The notes beneath the pieces were generated by a model, which did not search any database, was not told the origin of the DNA, and saw nothing but the letters and a program-made list of their open reading frames with translations. DNA of 64,000 nt. Origin: Thermoanaerobaculia bacterium (GTDB taxonomy: Bacteria; Acidobacteriota; Thermoanaerobaculia; UBA5066). Of the stretch, positions 62,848 through 64,000 are shown piece after piece; the stretch's first letter is position 1; each line of letters starts with the position of its first letter. The DNA is taken from positions 608,001 through 672,000 of the forward strand of contig CAWFJJ010000001.1 in the NCBI GenBank assembly GCA_963816185.1, written 5' to 3'. The translations under genes were made by a program, and so were the position numbers.

Positions 62848-64000
62848 TCAGGTCTTCAGGATCACCGTGGAACCGCCCCCCCTCATGGGAGCCACCTCCG
62901 CGGCGACGACGCAGTTCTTTCCCTTGAGCTTCGCGGCGTAGAGGGCGGAATCCGCCTTCTTGAGGATCTCGTTCTTCTGCTCGGCGACCGGCAGGGACGG
63001 GTTCACGTGGGCGCGGTACGTGGCCACGCCGACGGACATCGTGACGACGTTCTTGAGGTTCAACGCGGGCTCGCCGGGTCCGATCGACATCGGAAGAAAC
63101 GTCCAGTCGTCGATCGCCTTCCGGATTTTCTCGGCGATTGCGACGGCGGCGTTCAGATCCGCGTCGAGGAGAATCACCGTGAACTCGTCGCCGCCATAGC
63201 GGCAGGCGAGGGAAACGGTGTCGGCGAGCGTTCTCTGGAGGATGAACGAGACCTCCCGGAGCACCTGGCTCCCCGCGAGATGGCCGTGCAGGTCGTTCAC
63301 CCTCTTGAGGTGGTCGCAGTCGAGGAAGAGGAGGGCGAGCTCGCCTTCCTTCGATTCGCCGAGCCGGTCGATCTCGCGCTGGAGCTTCCGGTGGAAATAG
63401 CGGTCGTTGTAGAGCGACGTGAGCGAGTCGCGCCGGGCGACCTCGCGTGCGCGCCGCTCGTCGAGGAGGTTCTGGAGCGCGAGGGAAAGCGTGTCTCCGA
63501 ACAGCTCCATGAGGCGCTCGTCGCGGGGCGTGAACGCGGGCTCGCCCTGGCGGTTGATGAGGATGAGCGACCCGCACACGTGGTTCTCGATCACGACGGG
63601 CACCGCGAGGACGTTCGTAATCGGGATCTCGAGAAGAGCGTCGATCTCGCGTGAGAACGCGTGCGCGCCTCCTACCTCGTTTACGCACGTGCGCTCCCCC
63701 CGCGCGTACACGAAGCCCGCGATCCCATCCACGGGCCGGACCTTGCGGCCCACGGCGCTCTCCTTCACGTCTCCGGCCGTCACGATGATGGCGAGCTCGT
63801 TGCGCGAACGGTCGTCTTCCTTCGAGACGGGGTCGTCGAGAAGGAGGGCTCCGGCCTGAGAGGGCACGAACTCCATCGCGCGGTTCACGAGCGTGATGAG
63901 AAAGCGGTCGGGCGGCGTCCCGCTCGTCTCATCGAGCAGACGGTGCCGCTCCATGTATCGCACGAGCTGCTTGGCCGAGATCACCCGGGCGACTCTTGTG
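62848..64000 (-). CDS. GAF-GGDEF diguanylate cyclase (5' end may extend beyond window)
   Basis: GAF (LAVPV..GSLILINR..FTPRDE), DSLTSLYN, RYGGDEF, KADSALYAAK. Confidence 0.9.
   Translation of the reverse strand, partial: TRVARVISAKQLVRYMERHRLLDETSGTPPDRFLITLVNRAMEFVPSQAGALLLDDPVSKEDDRSRNELAIIVTAGDVKESAVGRKVRPVDGIAGFVYARGERTCVNEVGGAHAFSREIDALLEIPITNVLAVPVVIENHVCGSLILINRQGEPAFTPRDERLMELFGDTLSLALQNLLDERRAREVARRDSLTSLYNDRYFHRKLQREIDRLGESKEGELALLFLDCDHLKRVNDLHGHLAGSQVLREVSFILQRTLADTVSLACRYGGDEFTVILLDADLNAAVAIAEKIRKAIDDWTFLPMSIGPGEPALNLKNVVTMSVGVATYRAHVNPSLPVAEQKNEILKKADSALYAAKLKGKNCVVAAEVAPMRGGGSTVILKT

Overview
GC-rich (about 65-70% by eye) bacterial chromosomal segment. Gene content suggests Acidobacteriota, possibly Thermoanaerobaculia (inference). 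It carries about 68 CDS. These include an RND/TolC efflux set with DUF2892/OsmC/TSUP neighbours, leuCD, a LysR plus an attenuated ilvD-ilvB-ilvN-ilvC-leuA-leuB-ilvE operon, a 14-repeat GloVer-type surface protein, alkA/ada-ogt, glnA, queA, pyrR-pyrB-pyrC, ndh, suhB, glgA, mtgA, lat and a GAF-GGDEF gene. About ten otherwise intact genes have single-base frameshifts, probably long-read errors. I saw no rRNA, tRNA, CRISPR, integrase or transposase. The most unusual signal is non-genic: a dispersed low-GC motif (consensus about GATYTKCTT[A/C/T]GAAGGTGAA) flanked by polypurine tracts. It recurs in about 10 clusters spaced 2-10 kb apart, usually as convergent inverted pairs 70-200 bp apart, and is written into coding sequence, where it appears to create in-frame peptide insertions (QueA, the RND adaptor, MtgA). 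Other points of note: widespread leaderless-type promoters, two apparent CTG starts, a TetR fused to a KGGKARA-type N-terminal module, and a pseudo-receiver sigma54 activator next to a sigma54 promoter.
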